From IMG/VR virus record IMGVR_UViG_3300033143_002040, positions 35,712 through 99,711 of that record: 64,000 nucleotides of DNA; one strand, written 5' to 3'. The position numbers and the translations under genes are program-made. The DNA is from a virus (lineage: Duplodnaviria; Heunggongvirae; Uroviricota; Caudoviricetes). Shown in pieces: positions 18,940-27,788 of the stretch (the stretch's first letter is position 1; each line of letters starts with the position of its first letter). The notes under the pieces were generated by a model. The model was not told the DNA's origin, did no database searches, and saw nothing but the letters and a program-made list of their open reading frames with translations.

Positions 18940-19995
18940 ATGAAAAGACTATTTATAGGGCTAGTCGCTCTATTGACAATCAGTACGGGGCAAGCACACG
19001 ACTTAGCTGATAGAATGAATGAGGTGCTTCCTGCCGTTGCGTATATACGAGTAGAACAATTTGCTGTCCGCGATAAGCTAAATCCTCTTACCAAACTTAC
19101 CTCTTCCATCCGAGTTCCAACCACACCTATCATTGGTACAGGATTTATCATTGATAATAACAACGTAGTAACAAATTATCACGTTATTGCTTCCGCTGTA
19201 AAACATAATACTGAAATTCACATAACCTTTGAAGGAAGTAATCAACGATTTCTAGCAACAGTTATTGGTTACGATAAAATAGCTGACGTTGCTTTGCTAA
19301 TAATTCCAGGTGAACACCAAAGTGTTGAGATATTAGATGACACTGATTTACGGATGGGCGATCCCGTATTCAGCATATCACATTTTTATGGCATCGGTTG
19401 GTCAGGCACACAAGGTGTAATTAGTTCTATTCGCCGGCAAGATCAACGATATCCTTACATCAATAACCTACAACTACAGCTATTGCAAGGCAGTGGTAGT
19501 TCAGGTGGCCCTGTATTCAATATGAATGGCGATGTCATTGCATTAAATCGAAGTATTCTTTCTATGTTTCCAAAATCAATAATACAAACACGTAGTTCCG
19601 TTCTTTCTATGGTAGGCTATCCTGTAAGGGGAGATACATTGATAGCTGCAATCGCGGGCATACGCAAGGATATCATTGTCGTGTATCTTGATCTAGGAGT
19701 GTCATTGATAACATTTGGAAAGGATAGTATGTTTCACCTTAACTATGCAAATGGAGATGATGAATACCCTATCGGCGTAATGGTAATGAGCATTGATAAA
19801 AATATATCTACTACTTTGCAACAATCAGATATTATTATCAGCATAGAAGGCAATAAATTCTCTGATCCTTCTGAGTTGTTTACATGGCTTAATGAACAGA
19901 TCAAATATAAAGTTGGAGATACAGTTAACATACAAGTTTACCGAGACGCAGAAATCATAAATATTGCAGTACCAATAACAATAGCAGGATTATAA
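18940..19995 (+). CDS. secreted trypsin-like serine protease (HtrA/DegP S1C-like) with N-terminal signal peptide
   Basis: MKRLFIGLVALLTISTGQA signal; His in NYHVIAS, Asp in DVALLII, Ser in GSSGGPVF. Confidence 0.85.
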   Translation: MKRLFIGLVALLTISTGQAHDLADRMNEVLPAVAYIRVEQFAVRDKLNPLTKLTSSIRVPTTPIIGTGFIIDNNNVVTNYHVIASAVKHNTEIHITFEGSNQRFLATVIGYDKIADVALLIIPGEHQSVEILDDTDLRMGDPVFSISHFYGIGWSGTQGVISSIRRQDQRYPYINNLQLQLLQGSGSSGGPVFNMNGDVIALNRSILSMFPKSIIQTRSSVLSMVGYPVRGDTLIAAIAGIRKDIIVVYLDLGVSLITFGKDSMFHLNYANGDDEYPIGVMVMSIDKNISTTLQQSDIIISIEGNKFSDPSELFTWLNEQIKYKVGDTVNIQVYRDAEIINIAVPITIAGL

Positions 19996-20223
19996 ATGGA
20001 ACAAATCAAAGTTTACACGAAGAAACGCTGTCCGTATTGCACGGCGGCCAAACTATGGTTATCTCAAAGAAACTATGACTACACAGAAATTAGTCTCGAT
20101 GATGCTGATGAACAAAACAAATTTATTTCCTGTTATCCTGCACTTCGAACTGTTCCGCAAATATTTGTTGGGGATAAGAGCATTGGCGGGTTTAACGAAC
20201 TTACCAAATCTAAACTTGCGTAA
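19996..20223 (+). CDS. glutaredoxin / NrdH-like redoxin
   Basis: CPYC active site; 75 aa; TVPQIFVGDKSIGG. Confidence 0.8.
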   Translation: MEQIKVYTKKRCPYCTAAKLWLSQRNYDYTEISLDDADEQNKFISCYPALRTVPQIFVGDKSIGGFNELTKSKLA

Positions 20224-20253
20224 TATGAAGTAGATTAGATAAATACTGTTATA

Positions 20254-20895
20254 ATGAATTACGAATTTTACTATAACAGGCTGAATCAACGATCGGAAAA
20301 TCGGTTGCTAGAAGGCTATACTGAGAAACATCATATTATCCCCCGCTGCATGGGTGGCACGGATGATCCTGAGAACATTGCTATATTGACCGCTAGAGAA
20401 CATCATATAGCACACCAGTTATTGGTTAAGATGTATCCTGGCCATCACGGATTGATCTCCGCATTAAACGTAATGAGAACTGCTAGCAGTAAAAAGTATA
20501 GCTGGATTAAACGATTATGCCACGAACAATTATCTAAGAACTACAATGATCGTTATGGGGTTGATCGAGCGAAAAAGATAAGGAATAAACAATCTGTTTC
20601 GAAGATGGGCAATACCAACGGGCGATTCGGAAAAGGATGGAAAGCTACACCCGAACAAAAAGCAAGGATGTCCGAGGCACATAAAGGACAACTCGCATGG
20701 AATAAGGGCAAGAAAACTGGACCACAGACCCACGAACGCATTTCTCATCGTGCTCGTAAATGTCAAAAATCTTGTACAGTCGATGGCATAAAATATTCTT
20801 CGCGCAATGAAGCTGCTGACAAATTAAATATTCATATCACCACTATATATAAATGGCTTGCAAGCGGGCGAGCAAAGGAACACACAAATGGCTAG
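20254..20895 (+). CDS. HNH homing endonuclease (free-standing, copy 1)
   Basis: HHIIPRCMGGTDDPENIAILTAREHHIAH; paralog of 45414..46106. Confidence 0.8.
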   Translation: MNYEFYYNRLNQRSENRLLEGYTEKHHIIPRCMGGTDDPENIAILTAREHHIAHQLLVKMYPGHHGLISALNVMRTASSKKYSWIKRLCHEQLSKNYNDRYGVDRAKKIRNKQSVSKMGNTNGRFGKGWKATPEQKARMSEAHKGQLAWNKGKKTGPQTHERISHRARKCQKSCTVDGIKYSSRNEAADKLNIHITTIYKWLASGRAKEHTNG

Positions 20896-21184
20896 ACCGA
20901 AACCGACAATTATTCTAGAACATACTGATTCAAAAACATACAAGAGCGAGCAAGTTCTTCAAGCGGACTATATCTATGCAGTATACTTTGACGGGCGACC
21001 TATCAATCTTCGAACATTGAATTCTCTTGTCAACTATCCTGGCCCTAAATATAAAAAAGTCAGTTTTTCAAATTCTGGTCATGCGTTCAATCTAGCAGAG
21101 CGCCTTAATCGTATATTCAAGACAGATTCATTTGCTGTATGGAAACTAACTGGTGGTGAAATTATAACCGAAGATACAATATAA
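20888..21184 (+). CDS. hypothetical protein (98 aa; start MARPKP)
   Basis: ORF. Confidence 0.4.
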   Translation: MARPKPTIILEHTDSKTYKSEQVLQADYIYAVYFDGRPINLRTLNSLVNYPGPKYKKVSFSNSGHAFNLAERLNRIFKTDSFAVWKLTGGEIITEDTI

Positions 21185-21185
21185 G

Positions 21186-21554
21186 ATGGCCGCTGAACAT
21201 ATCCAACCGTTAAAAGATTTCATATTCAGTGAATTAAACGAAGATGTGTTTCCAGAAGAAACTCATAAATCATTAGATGGACTCATGTTCAACGCGCCTA
21301 CTACTTTGCGCCTGACTCATTTTGGCTATAATATTTTAAGAAATATCTACGATCACGAAAAATTTCCTCTTGAAGAAAAGCTAACTGGTCGAGAATTATT
21401 GACACTCAAAAATCATGTGACTTGGCCTTACTATCTTCCTGGGAGTCATGCTAATCTTTTCCTGTTTACCATCAAACAATCATTCATTCTCAAACTCAAC
21501 GGTGGAGATGTGAAAAAGTGGCTCAAAAATCTATATGAGAAGAATTCCAGTTAA
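21186..21554 (+). CDS. hypothetical protein (122 aa)
   Basis: ORF. Confidence 0.45.
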   Translation: MAAEHIQPLKDFIFSELNEDVFPEETHKSLDGLMFNAPTTLRLTHFGYNILRNIYDHEKFPLEEKLTGRELLTLKNHVTWPYYLPGSHANLFLFTIKQSFILKLNGGDVKKWLKNLYEKNSS

Positions 21555-21610
21555 AACAACGACTTAAGTACAGGTGTCGTAAGTTATTGATTCTTATGGA
21601 TATAAAGTGC

Positions 21611-21639
21611 TTGACATAAGTGCTTGATTCCTGTAATAT
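21611..21639 (+). promoter_or_regulatory. sigma70-consensus promoter TTGACA-17-TAATAT
   Basis: TTGACA 21611-21616, TAATAT 21634-21639; flanked by AAGTGCTTGA repeats. Confidence 0.6.
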
Positions 21640-21686
21640 AAGCACAATGGTATAGAACTATGTCATAGATACAGGAGAAATTCATA

Positions 21687-22010
21687 ATGGCGATTAATCG
21701 ACGCAAAACAGAAGAAGTACGCACAAGCACTCTAGCCGATGGCACGAGTGTAGAATGCGTAGTATGGGCAATTGAGCTAGACGGCGAACAGGTCGGCGAA
21801 GCTTGTGCTACATACAAGACAAAGACCCAGCGCACCTGGGATGCTAGCATGACCGTTGACGGAGTTTCAGTTTCGGTAGAAGGCATTGCTTCAATTAGCA
21901 AGGCCGTAACTGCATTGAACGATCAGTTGGTAGCTGCAACGGCTACTGATGCTGCTGATACAGCGGATGCTAACATTGAGATTGTTGAGTCTGAGGACGC
22001 TACAGCGTAA
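21687..22010 (+). CDS. small acidic Ala/Thr-rich protein (107 aa) in its own promoter-terminator unit
   Basis: RBS AGGAGA; followed by intrinsic terminator. Confidence 0.55.
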   Translation: MAINRRKTEEVRTSTLADGTSVECVVWAIELDGEQVGEACATYKTKTQRTWDASMTVDGVSVSVEGIASISKAVTALNDQLVAATATDAADTADANIEIVESEDATA

Positions 22011-22030
22011 TCTACTCCTTTCCAAGTAAA

Positions 22031-22056
22031 GAGGCCCCGCTAAGGGGCCTTTTTTA
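22031..22056 (+). terminator. rho-independent terminator (GGCCCC-gctaa-GGGGCC + T6)
   Basis: perfect 6-bp GC stem and U-tract. Confidence 0.8.
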
Positions 22057-22152
22057 TACCTGTAAGGAATTCAATGACTTAATACGTGTACGTAACTATC
22101 TGTTTTTAAAGAGTTTCCACTTAAGTGCTTGATGTTAAACAGGTTATAGTTG

Positions 22153-22181
22153 TTGACAAATGGCGCGCAGTTCCATATAAT
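22153..22181 (+). promoter_or_regulatory. sigma70-consensus promoter TTGACA-17-TATAAT
   Basis: perfect -35 and -10 hexamers. Confidence 0.7.
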
Positions 22182-22238
22182 ACACATACTAGATAGACAA
22201 ACGCAAGTCACATAAACGATTAATAAGGAACACGCACC

Positions 22239-23351
22239 ATGGCTAAGACAGACACGAATCAAAAAAGCATTCCAGTTCGACCTTCTGAACTTGTAGAAGT
22301 AGTCGAGCATGTAATGTCAGTAGGCCGTCCTTGCATGATTTGGGGACCGCCAGGAATCGGCAAATCAGACATTATCGCACAGATCGGAGCGAGAGAGAAT
22401 CGTCCCGTGATCGACCTGCGTTTGCTCTTGATGGAGCCGACTGACCTTAAAGGCATCCCTTTCTACGATCCGAAGACGGAAACGATGAAGTGGGGCAAGC
22501 CAGGTGAGCTTCCAGGTGAGGCCGATACAGAACTGCATAACGCTATTCTGTTCCTTGACGAGATTAACGCTGCACCGCAGTCGGTTCAGGCCGCTGCATA
22601 TCAGTTGATTCTGAATCGCAGAATTGGCGAGTACGAGCTTCCTGAATGTGTAAGTATCGTTGCTGCTGGTAACAGAGAGACTGATCGCGCAGTAACTTTT
22701 CGCATGCCGTCAGCACTTGCTAACAGGTTCATGCACTTTGAATTGATCGTATCTTTCGAAGATTGGCAGGACTGGGCAATTCGACACGGCGTACATCCTG
22801 ACGTAGTTGGTTTCTTGACTGCGCATCCGAACTACTTGTTCCAGTTTGATCCGAAGAGTGGCGACAAGGCTTTTGCTACTCCGCGTTCGTGGACGTTCGT
22901 TGGAGAGGCTCTGACTGACAAGCTTTCTGACAAGCTGAACGAAGTCATGGTCGCTGGCACAGTTGGTCTTGGACTCGCTACTGAATTCATGCAGAGCAGG
23001 CGCTTGAAAGGCAAGCTTCCGAATCCTCGCGACATCGTGTTGGGCAAGGTTACTAAGCTGAAGGAAGACAAAGCGATTGACGTTTCTGCTAAGTACTCGC
23101 TGGTTATCGGCATGTGCTACGCAATGTCTGAAATCAAGCAAGAGTTTGAAATGGACAAGTCTAAGGGTGACAAGGACTGGAACAAGGTCACTGACAACTT
23201 TTTGAAGTTTATGATGATCCCTGAACACTTCAAGAAGGAAATGGTCATCATGGCTGCTGTTACAGCATTCCGTCGCTACGACTTGGACTTCGATTCTGAG
23301 ACTCCCACTTTCAACAAATTCTTCAAAGAGTACCAAGAGTGGATTGTCTAA
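22239..23351 (+). CDS. MoxR/CobS-like AAA+ ATPase
   Basis: Walker A GPPGIGKS; Walker B ILFLDEINAAP; 370 aa typical of CobS/MoxR. Confidence 0.85.
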   Translation: MAKTDTNQKSIPVRPSELVEVVEHVMSVGRPCMIWGPPGIGKSDIIAQIGARENRPVIDLRLLLMEPTDLKGIPFYDPKTETMKWGKPGELPGEADTELHNAILFLDEINAAPQSVQAAAYQLILNRRIGEYELPECVSIVAAGNRETDRAVTFRMPSALANRFMHFELIVSFEDWQDWAIRHGVHPDVVGFLTAHPNYLFQFDPKSGDKAFATPRSWTFVGEALTDKLSDKLNEVMVAGTVGLGLATEFMQSRRLKGKLPNPRDIVLGKVTKLKEDKAIDVSAKYSLVIGMCYAMSEIKQEFEMDKSKGDKDWNKVTDNFLKFMMIPEHFKKEMVIMAAVTAFRRYDLDFDSETPTFNKFFKEYQEWIV

Positions 23352-23377
23352 ATGGTTAACTGGTGCAACGTGACTTG

Positions 23378-23412
23378 CGCTATGATTGGCCGCCCCGAGA
23401 CTTTCTTTGGGC
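23378..23412 (+). terminator. rho-independent terminator
   Basis: GCCGCCC...GGGCGGTC stem followed by TTTTTT. Confidence 0.7.
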
Positions 23413-23536
23413 GGTCTTTTTTATGAGATTCAAACAGTTACAGGCGCTCGTAAGTCATTGATTCTATTAGAGCAGAAATACTCCAAAAATAGTTATAAGT
23501 TATTGATAACTATAGTAATAGAGATGCATAAAGTGG

Positions 23537-23565
23537 TTGACGCAAGGGGTGTTTTACCGTATAAT
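23537..23565 (+). promoter_or_regulatory. sigma70-like promoter TTGACG-17-TATAAT with upstream inverted repeat
   Basis: -35 TTGACG 23537-23542; -10 TATAAT 23560-23565. Confidence 0.65.
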
Positions 23566-23594
23566 ATGTATATAAATTGATAGGAACTAATCAA

Positions 23595-25088
23595 ATGTCA
23601 CAGAAGTTTTCCCCAGAAGATAAATTAGTCAAAGCACGTATTGATTTTATTTACAACGATTGCGTGTTTCTCGGCAACTTAGCACTTCGACTTGAATTGG
23701 TCGATGCTACCGCATGGTGTCCTACTGCGGCAACTGACTTCAAGCATTTGTACTACAATCGAGATTTTATTGATCGTTGTTCACTTGAAGAAACCAAATT
23801 TGTGATTGCACACGAGGTTATGCATTGTGTGTACGATCACTTTTCTCGTCGTGAGGAACGTGATCCGCGTCTGTACAATTGTGCTGGCGACTACGTAATT
23901 AACTTGGAACTGAAGGATCTTGGAATCGGTTCTTTTCCTTCCAGTAATACCATGATGGATCCGAAGTACGAAGAATTCATCAAAGAGAATTTCCCTGAGC
24001 GTTACCGAAAGTATAAGAAAGAATTTGCTGGTGGTGAGCCAGGTGTGCTTTGCGAAGAAAAGTATCGCGATATGTCTTCTGAGGAAGTCTACAACATCCT
24101 AAAGAAAGAACAGGATGAGCGGGACAAGCAGAATGGTAAAGGCGAGAGCGACGGCCAGTGTGGCGAATGTGGCGGTACTGGACAGGCCCCAGGCGATCAA
24201 GGTGAAGGCGATCAAGATGGTGAAGGCGAAGGTGGCAGCGGCCAATGTGGCGGAAGCACCCCAGGTGATTGCCCGTCTTGTGGTGGTTCTGGCAAGAGTA
24301 AAGGCGGCCAGAACGGACCAATTTCACACGATATGCATATGGATCCTGAGGCTGGTGATGCTGATGGTGACGAAAATGATGGCTCGCAAGGTCCGATCAA
24401 GATTGACCAAGAAGAAATTGATCGGATGGACAGCGATATGCGTAAAGCGATCATGGACGCAGCAGCAGTTGCATCCGAAGCACGTGGTGGCGCAGGTAAC
24501 ATCCCAGGTGGTGTTAAGCGTCTGATTGATGATTGGACAGATTCTACAGTTGACTGGCGCGAGTATTTGAATAACAGCATTCAGTCAACTTTGAAGTCAG
24601 ATTACACATGGCAGCGTCAGAGCAGGAAGTCTCGCTCTACGAATTACTACTTGCCTGCAATGGACAACGATATGATGGTTAGTGTCGATCTTGCGATTGA
24701 TACGTCAGGTTCAATGTCTGATGAAATGTTGAGAGACATTCTTGCAGAGGTTAAAGGTATCATGGAGCAGTTCGCAGACTTCAAGCTTCGTGTATGGTGC
24801 TTCGATACTGAAACGTATGAAGTTCACACGTACACACCTGACACGGTTGATGAGATTTATGACTTCGAGTTAGAAGGTGGCGGTGGTACGATGTTTGAGT
24901 GCAATTGGGAAATGATGCGTCAGGAAGAAATTGTTCCAGATCAGTTCATTCTCTGCACAGACGGTTACCCCTGCGGAACTTGGGGCGAAGAGGATTACTG
25001 CGATACAGTATTCTTGGTGCACGGTCGTAAGAGCATTGTTGCTCCCTTCGGTGTTACGGTACATCACGAAAACGCTACTGACGATTAA
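23595..25088 (+). CDS. VWA-domain protein with N-terminal HExxH zincin-like motif and Gly/Cys-rich acidic linker (CobT/MoxR-partner-like)
   Basis: IAHEVMHCVYDH; MIDAS DTSGSMSDEM; linker GECGGTGQAPGDQGEGDQDGEGEGGSGQCGGSTPGDCPSCGGSGKS. Confidence 0.7.
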   Translation: MSQKFSPEDKLVKARIDFIYNDCVFLGNLALRLELVDATAWCPTAATDFKHLYYNRDFIDRCSLEETKFVIAHEVMHCVYDHFSRREERDPRLYNCAGDYVINLELKDLGIGSFPSSNTMMDPKYEEFIKENFPERYRKYKKEFAGGEPGVLCEEKYRDMSSEEVYNILKKEQDERDKQNGKGESDGQCGECGGTGQAPGDQGEGDQDGEGEGGSGQCGGSTPGDCPSCGGSGKSKGGQNGPISHDMHMDPEAGDADGDENDGSQGPIKIDQEEIDRMDSDMRKAIMDAAAVASEARGGAGNIPGGVKRLIDDWTDSTVDWREYLNNSIQSTLKSDYTWQRQSRKSRSTNYYLPAMDNDMMVSVDLAIDTSGSMSDEMLRDILAEVKGIMEQFADFKLRVWCFDTETYEVHTYTPDTVDEIYDFELEGGGGTMFECNWEMMRQEEIVPDQFILCTDGYPCGTWGEEDYCDTVFLVHGRKSIVAPFGVTVHHENATDD

Positions 25089-25089
25089 A

Positions 25090-25476
25090 ATGTATCAGAT
25101 GGTCAATCATAACGGCAACAAGGCTTACGAAGTCGATAATAAGCTTTATCAGACTCAAATGGAAGCTAAAGTTGATATTCAAGTGCAAAGGGCGAAGATT
25201 GATATAGAAATATTGCGTCTTGAGCAACAGCGAATAGCAGACTTTAGAAAAAAAGTTGGCCTTACTTTGCTAGAGAATGATGCAAGTGTCATGTTCACAA
25301 AGACAAGACAAGCAGTAATCGAATTGGCATTTGCTCACGAAATGGGAAAGACTCAGTACGTGATAGACCAAGCAGCATTAGCAGTTGCAAATACTCGCAC
25401 AATGTACGACTCAGTTTGCAGAAAGATTTTTAAGATTTGTTTGAAGCATGGACTCAAGAGTGAGCATTTAAAATGA
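25090..25476 (+). CDS. hypothetical protein (128 aa; start MYQMVNH)
   Basis: internal start right after upstream stop. Confidence 0.45.
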   Translation: MYQMVNHNGNKAYEVDNKLYQTQMEAKVDIQVQRAKIDIEILRLEQQRIADFRKKVGLTLLENDASVMFTKTRQAVIELAFAHEMGKTQYVIDQAALAVANTRTMYDSVCRKIFKICLKHGLKSEHLK

Positions 25477-25727
25477 CTTTAGGTGAAATAGTAAATAAGC
25501 GTCAACTTGACCTTAGACTTGAAAAGGCAGAAGCAGAATTGCAGTCTGCCTTAAGAGTGCTTGACTACTTGCTAAAAGAATCGGCCGCGACATTGTTTGG
25601 ATATGAGCGTAAGCCGAATCATAAAGAACGTTGTTATGCTAACGCCAAGTCACTTGACGTAGCACACGAAAAAATTGAGAAGTGTAAGAAAGAATTGTTT
25701 CAATTCAAATTGAAACACGGTGAATGA
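25473..25727 (+). CDS. small protein with KEYFKKKLxG-like C-terminus
   Basis: ...CKKELFQFKLKHGE. Confidence 0.4.
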   Translation: MTLGEIVNKRQLDLRLEKAEAELQSALRVLDYLLKESAATLFGYERKPNHKERCYANAKSLDVAHEKIEKCKKELFQFKLKHGE

Positions 25728-25737
25728 GAGAAGAAAG

Positions 25738-26991
25738 ATGGCTAAGAAAATACAAAATTATGAAGTAATGAAAGGTTTGTCTGGACAAGGCATTATCAAG
25801 TCTTGGACAAAGGGCGTTCCGTTTGAGTCACAAGCGCGGGATCAGCTAAAGAATATTGCATCGTTGCCGTTCATCCACAAGCATGTAGCAGCGATGCCTG
25901 ACGTACATTTAGGTAAGGGCGCGACGGTTGGGTCAGTAATTGCAACTAAGGGTGCGATTATTCCTGCTGCGGTAGGAGTAGATATTGGTTGCGGAATGAA
26001 TGCTGTACGACTTTCGTTGAAAGCTGCGGATTTGCCTGACACATTAACAAACGTGCGCGGAGAAATTGAGCGCATGGTTCCTGTTGGTCACGACTATCAC
26101 ACACGTTCGCGTATGGGATCAAAGTGGCACAACAAGACTGACAAGCTTTTGAACAACACTAACCAGCAGTTAGACCCAGGAATGCGGTCGATTCTTGCAA
26201 AGCATCCTACGATTGGTAAGATAGGTCGTGACTTTGAAGATCGCGCATACCGTCAGATTGGTACGCTTGGTGGTGGTAATCACTTTATTGAACTTTGCTT
26301 AGACGAGGCGGATGATGTTTGGGTAATGCTTCACTCAGGTTCACGTAATCCAGGAAACTGTATCGGCAACTATTTCATTCAGCTTGCTAAGAAAGAAATG
26401 GAACGATTCTTCATTCAGCTTCCTGATAAGGATTTAGCATACTTGGCCGAAGGCACAGAGTACTACGATGATTATATCGAAGCTGTTGGCTGGGCGCAAG
26501 ACTTTGCATATCGTAATCGACAGGTTATGATGGAACTTGTAATCATGGCACTGGAGCGCAAGCTGCCGCCGTTCTTGATTACTAAGGAAGCAATCAACTG
26601 TCACCACAACTATGTTTCGATGGAGAATCACTTCGGTGCGAATGTACACGTAACTCGCAAGGGTGCTGTACGTGCGCGTGTAGGCGACTACGGAATTATT
26701 CCAGGATCAATGGGTGCTAAGTCATTCATCGTTCGCGGACTTGGTAACAAGGATTCATTTAACTCTTGCTCTCACGGAGCAGGACGTTCACATTCACGAT
26801 CAGCGGCTAAGCGATTGTTTACAGTCGAGGATCACGAACGAGCTACGGCAGGTGTTGAGTGTCGTAAGGATGCTGGTGTGCTTGATGAGACACCTGCTGC
26901 TTACAAGGACATTGATGCTGTTATGAATGCTCAGAGAGATTTAGTTGAGATTGTTCACACGTTGAAGCAAGTAGTCTGCGTAAAAGGATAA
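25738..26991 (+). CDS. rtcB: RtcB RNA 3'-phosphate ligase
   Basis: MPDVHLGKGATVGSV, GVDIGCGM, GGGNHFIEL, CHHNY, HGAGRS motifs all present and in order. Confidence 0.9.
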   Translation: MAKKIQNYEVMKGLSGQGIIKSWTKGVPFESQARDQLKNIASLPFIHKHVAAMPDVHLGKGATVGSVIATKGAIIPAAVGVDIGCGMNAVRLSLKAADLPDTLTNVRGEIERMVPVGHDYHTRSRMGSKWHNKTDKLLNNTNQQLDPGMRSILAKHPTIGKIGRDFEDRAYRQIGTLGGGNHFIELCLDEADDVWVMLHSGSRNPGNCIGNYFIQLAKKEMERFFIQLPDKDLAYLAEGTEYYDDYIEAVGWAQDFAYRNRQVMMELVIMALERKLPPFLITKEAINCHHNYVSMENHFGANVHVTRKGAVRARVGDYGIIPGSMGAKSFIVRGLGNKDSFNSCSHGAGRSHSRSAAKRLFTVEDHERATAGVECRKDAGVLDETPAAYKDIDAVMNAQRDLVEIVHTLKQVVCVKG

Positions 26992-27028
26992 GATAATGAG
27001 TGAAAGAGACTGTTCAGCAAAAAACATA

Positions 27029-27271
27029 ATGCAGATGATTGGATTCTGTTGGGTATTATTCATTGGTCTTGCATTCGTTACTGGTTGTAGCGAACCAACG
27101 CCACAAGAAAGATTTGAAACTTATGTTGCTAATACAGGCACTCCGAATGGTGCAACTAACATCGAAATCATAGATGAAAAGTGGTACACATTTGAGTACA
27201 ACGATCAGTGTTTCTTGGCAACGAGATACTGGCGTCACGCTGCATTAACGAAAATTGATTGCGAGGATTAA
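27029..27271 (+). CDS. putative lipoprotein (lipobox LAFVTGC)
   Basis: MQMIGFCWVLFIGLAFVTGC signal + lipobox; ORF track start 26996. Confidence 0.5.
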   Translation: MQMIGFCWVLFIGLAFVTGCSEPTPQERFETYVANTGTPNGATNIEIIDEKWYTFEYNDQCFLATRYWRHAALTKIDCED

Positions 27272-27475
27272 ATGAATTTCTTAGACGCTAAGGAACTACA
27301 GAAACATGCGATGAAGGCCAAGTATGGCTGGCGTAGGTTCTTTATTCCTACACCCAGGTCCATTAAGAACGATGCATTTAATACTGCCTTTCGCATCAGA
27401 AATAATGGTGGTCGGCCAGAAGAACAAACTTCGGCACGACTAGACTTTGTACGTAAGTATCCGATAAAGGATTAG
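27272..27475 (+). CDS. hypothetical basic protein (67 aa)
   Basis: ORF. Confidence 0.4.
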   Translation: MNFLDAKELQKHAMKAKYGWRRFFIPTPRSIKNDAFNTAFRIRNNGGRPEEQTSARLDFVRKYPIKD

Positions 27476-27476
27476 A

Positions 27477-27788
27477 ATGAGTTTTTGCTCACATTGCGGA
27501 TCGAAGAACGCACCTGTAACACCATCTGCTAACAAAGGATATACGATGTATGTTGCAGAGGAAGGTGAATCTTGTACAGAATGTTACGATCCTGATATTG
27601 AAATGTTAATGTGCGATGATTGTAACGGAATAACTTACAAAAGCATCAGCATCACTCCGCCACCGATGTCCAATCCCAAAACAACTAAGATTCTGGGTGG
27701 CATAGGCTCGCGGAAGGTGTTGTGGCTTATTGGTGGCGAGTGGGTCGAGAAAGGCTGGCTCTTGCCGCAGGTAGGTTCAGATGTTTAA
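27477..27788 (+). CDS. hypothetical Zn-ribbon protein
   Basis: CSHCGS...CTECYD...CDDCNG. Confidence 0.45.
   Translation: MSFCSHCGSKNAPVTPSANKGYTMYVAEEGESCTECYDPDIEMLMCDDCNGITYKSISITPPPMSNPKTTKILGGIGSRKVLWLIGGEWVEKGWLLPQVGSDV

Noticed and set aside
23980-24580. Three overlapping ORFs (23980..24327 -, 24115..24525 +, 24212..24580 -) in the VWA gene
   Set aside because: Generated by the GC-rich Gly/Asp codon repeat region of the real 23595..25088 frame; Arg/Ala/Pro-rich nonsense translations.
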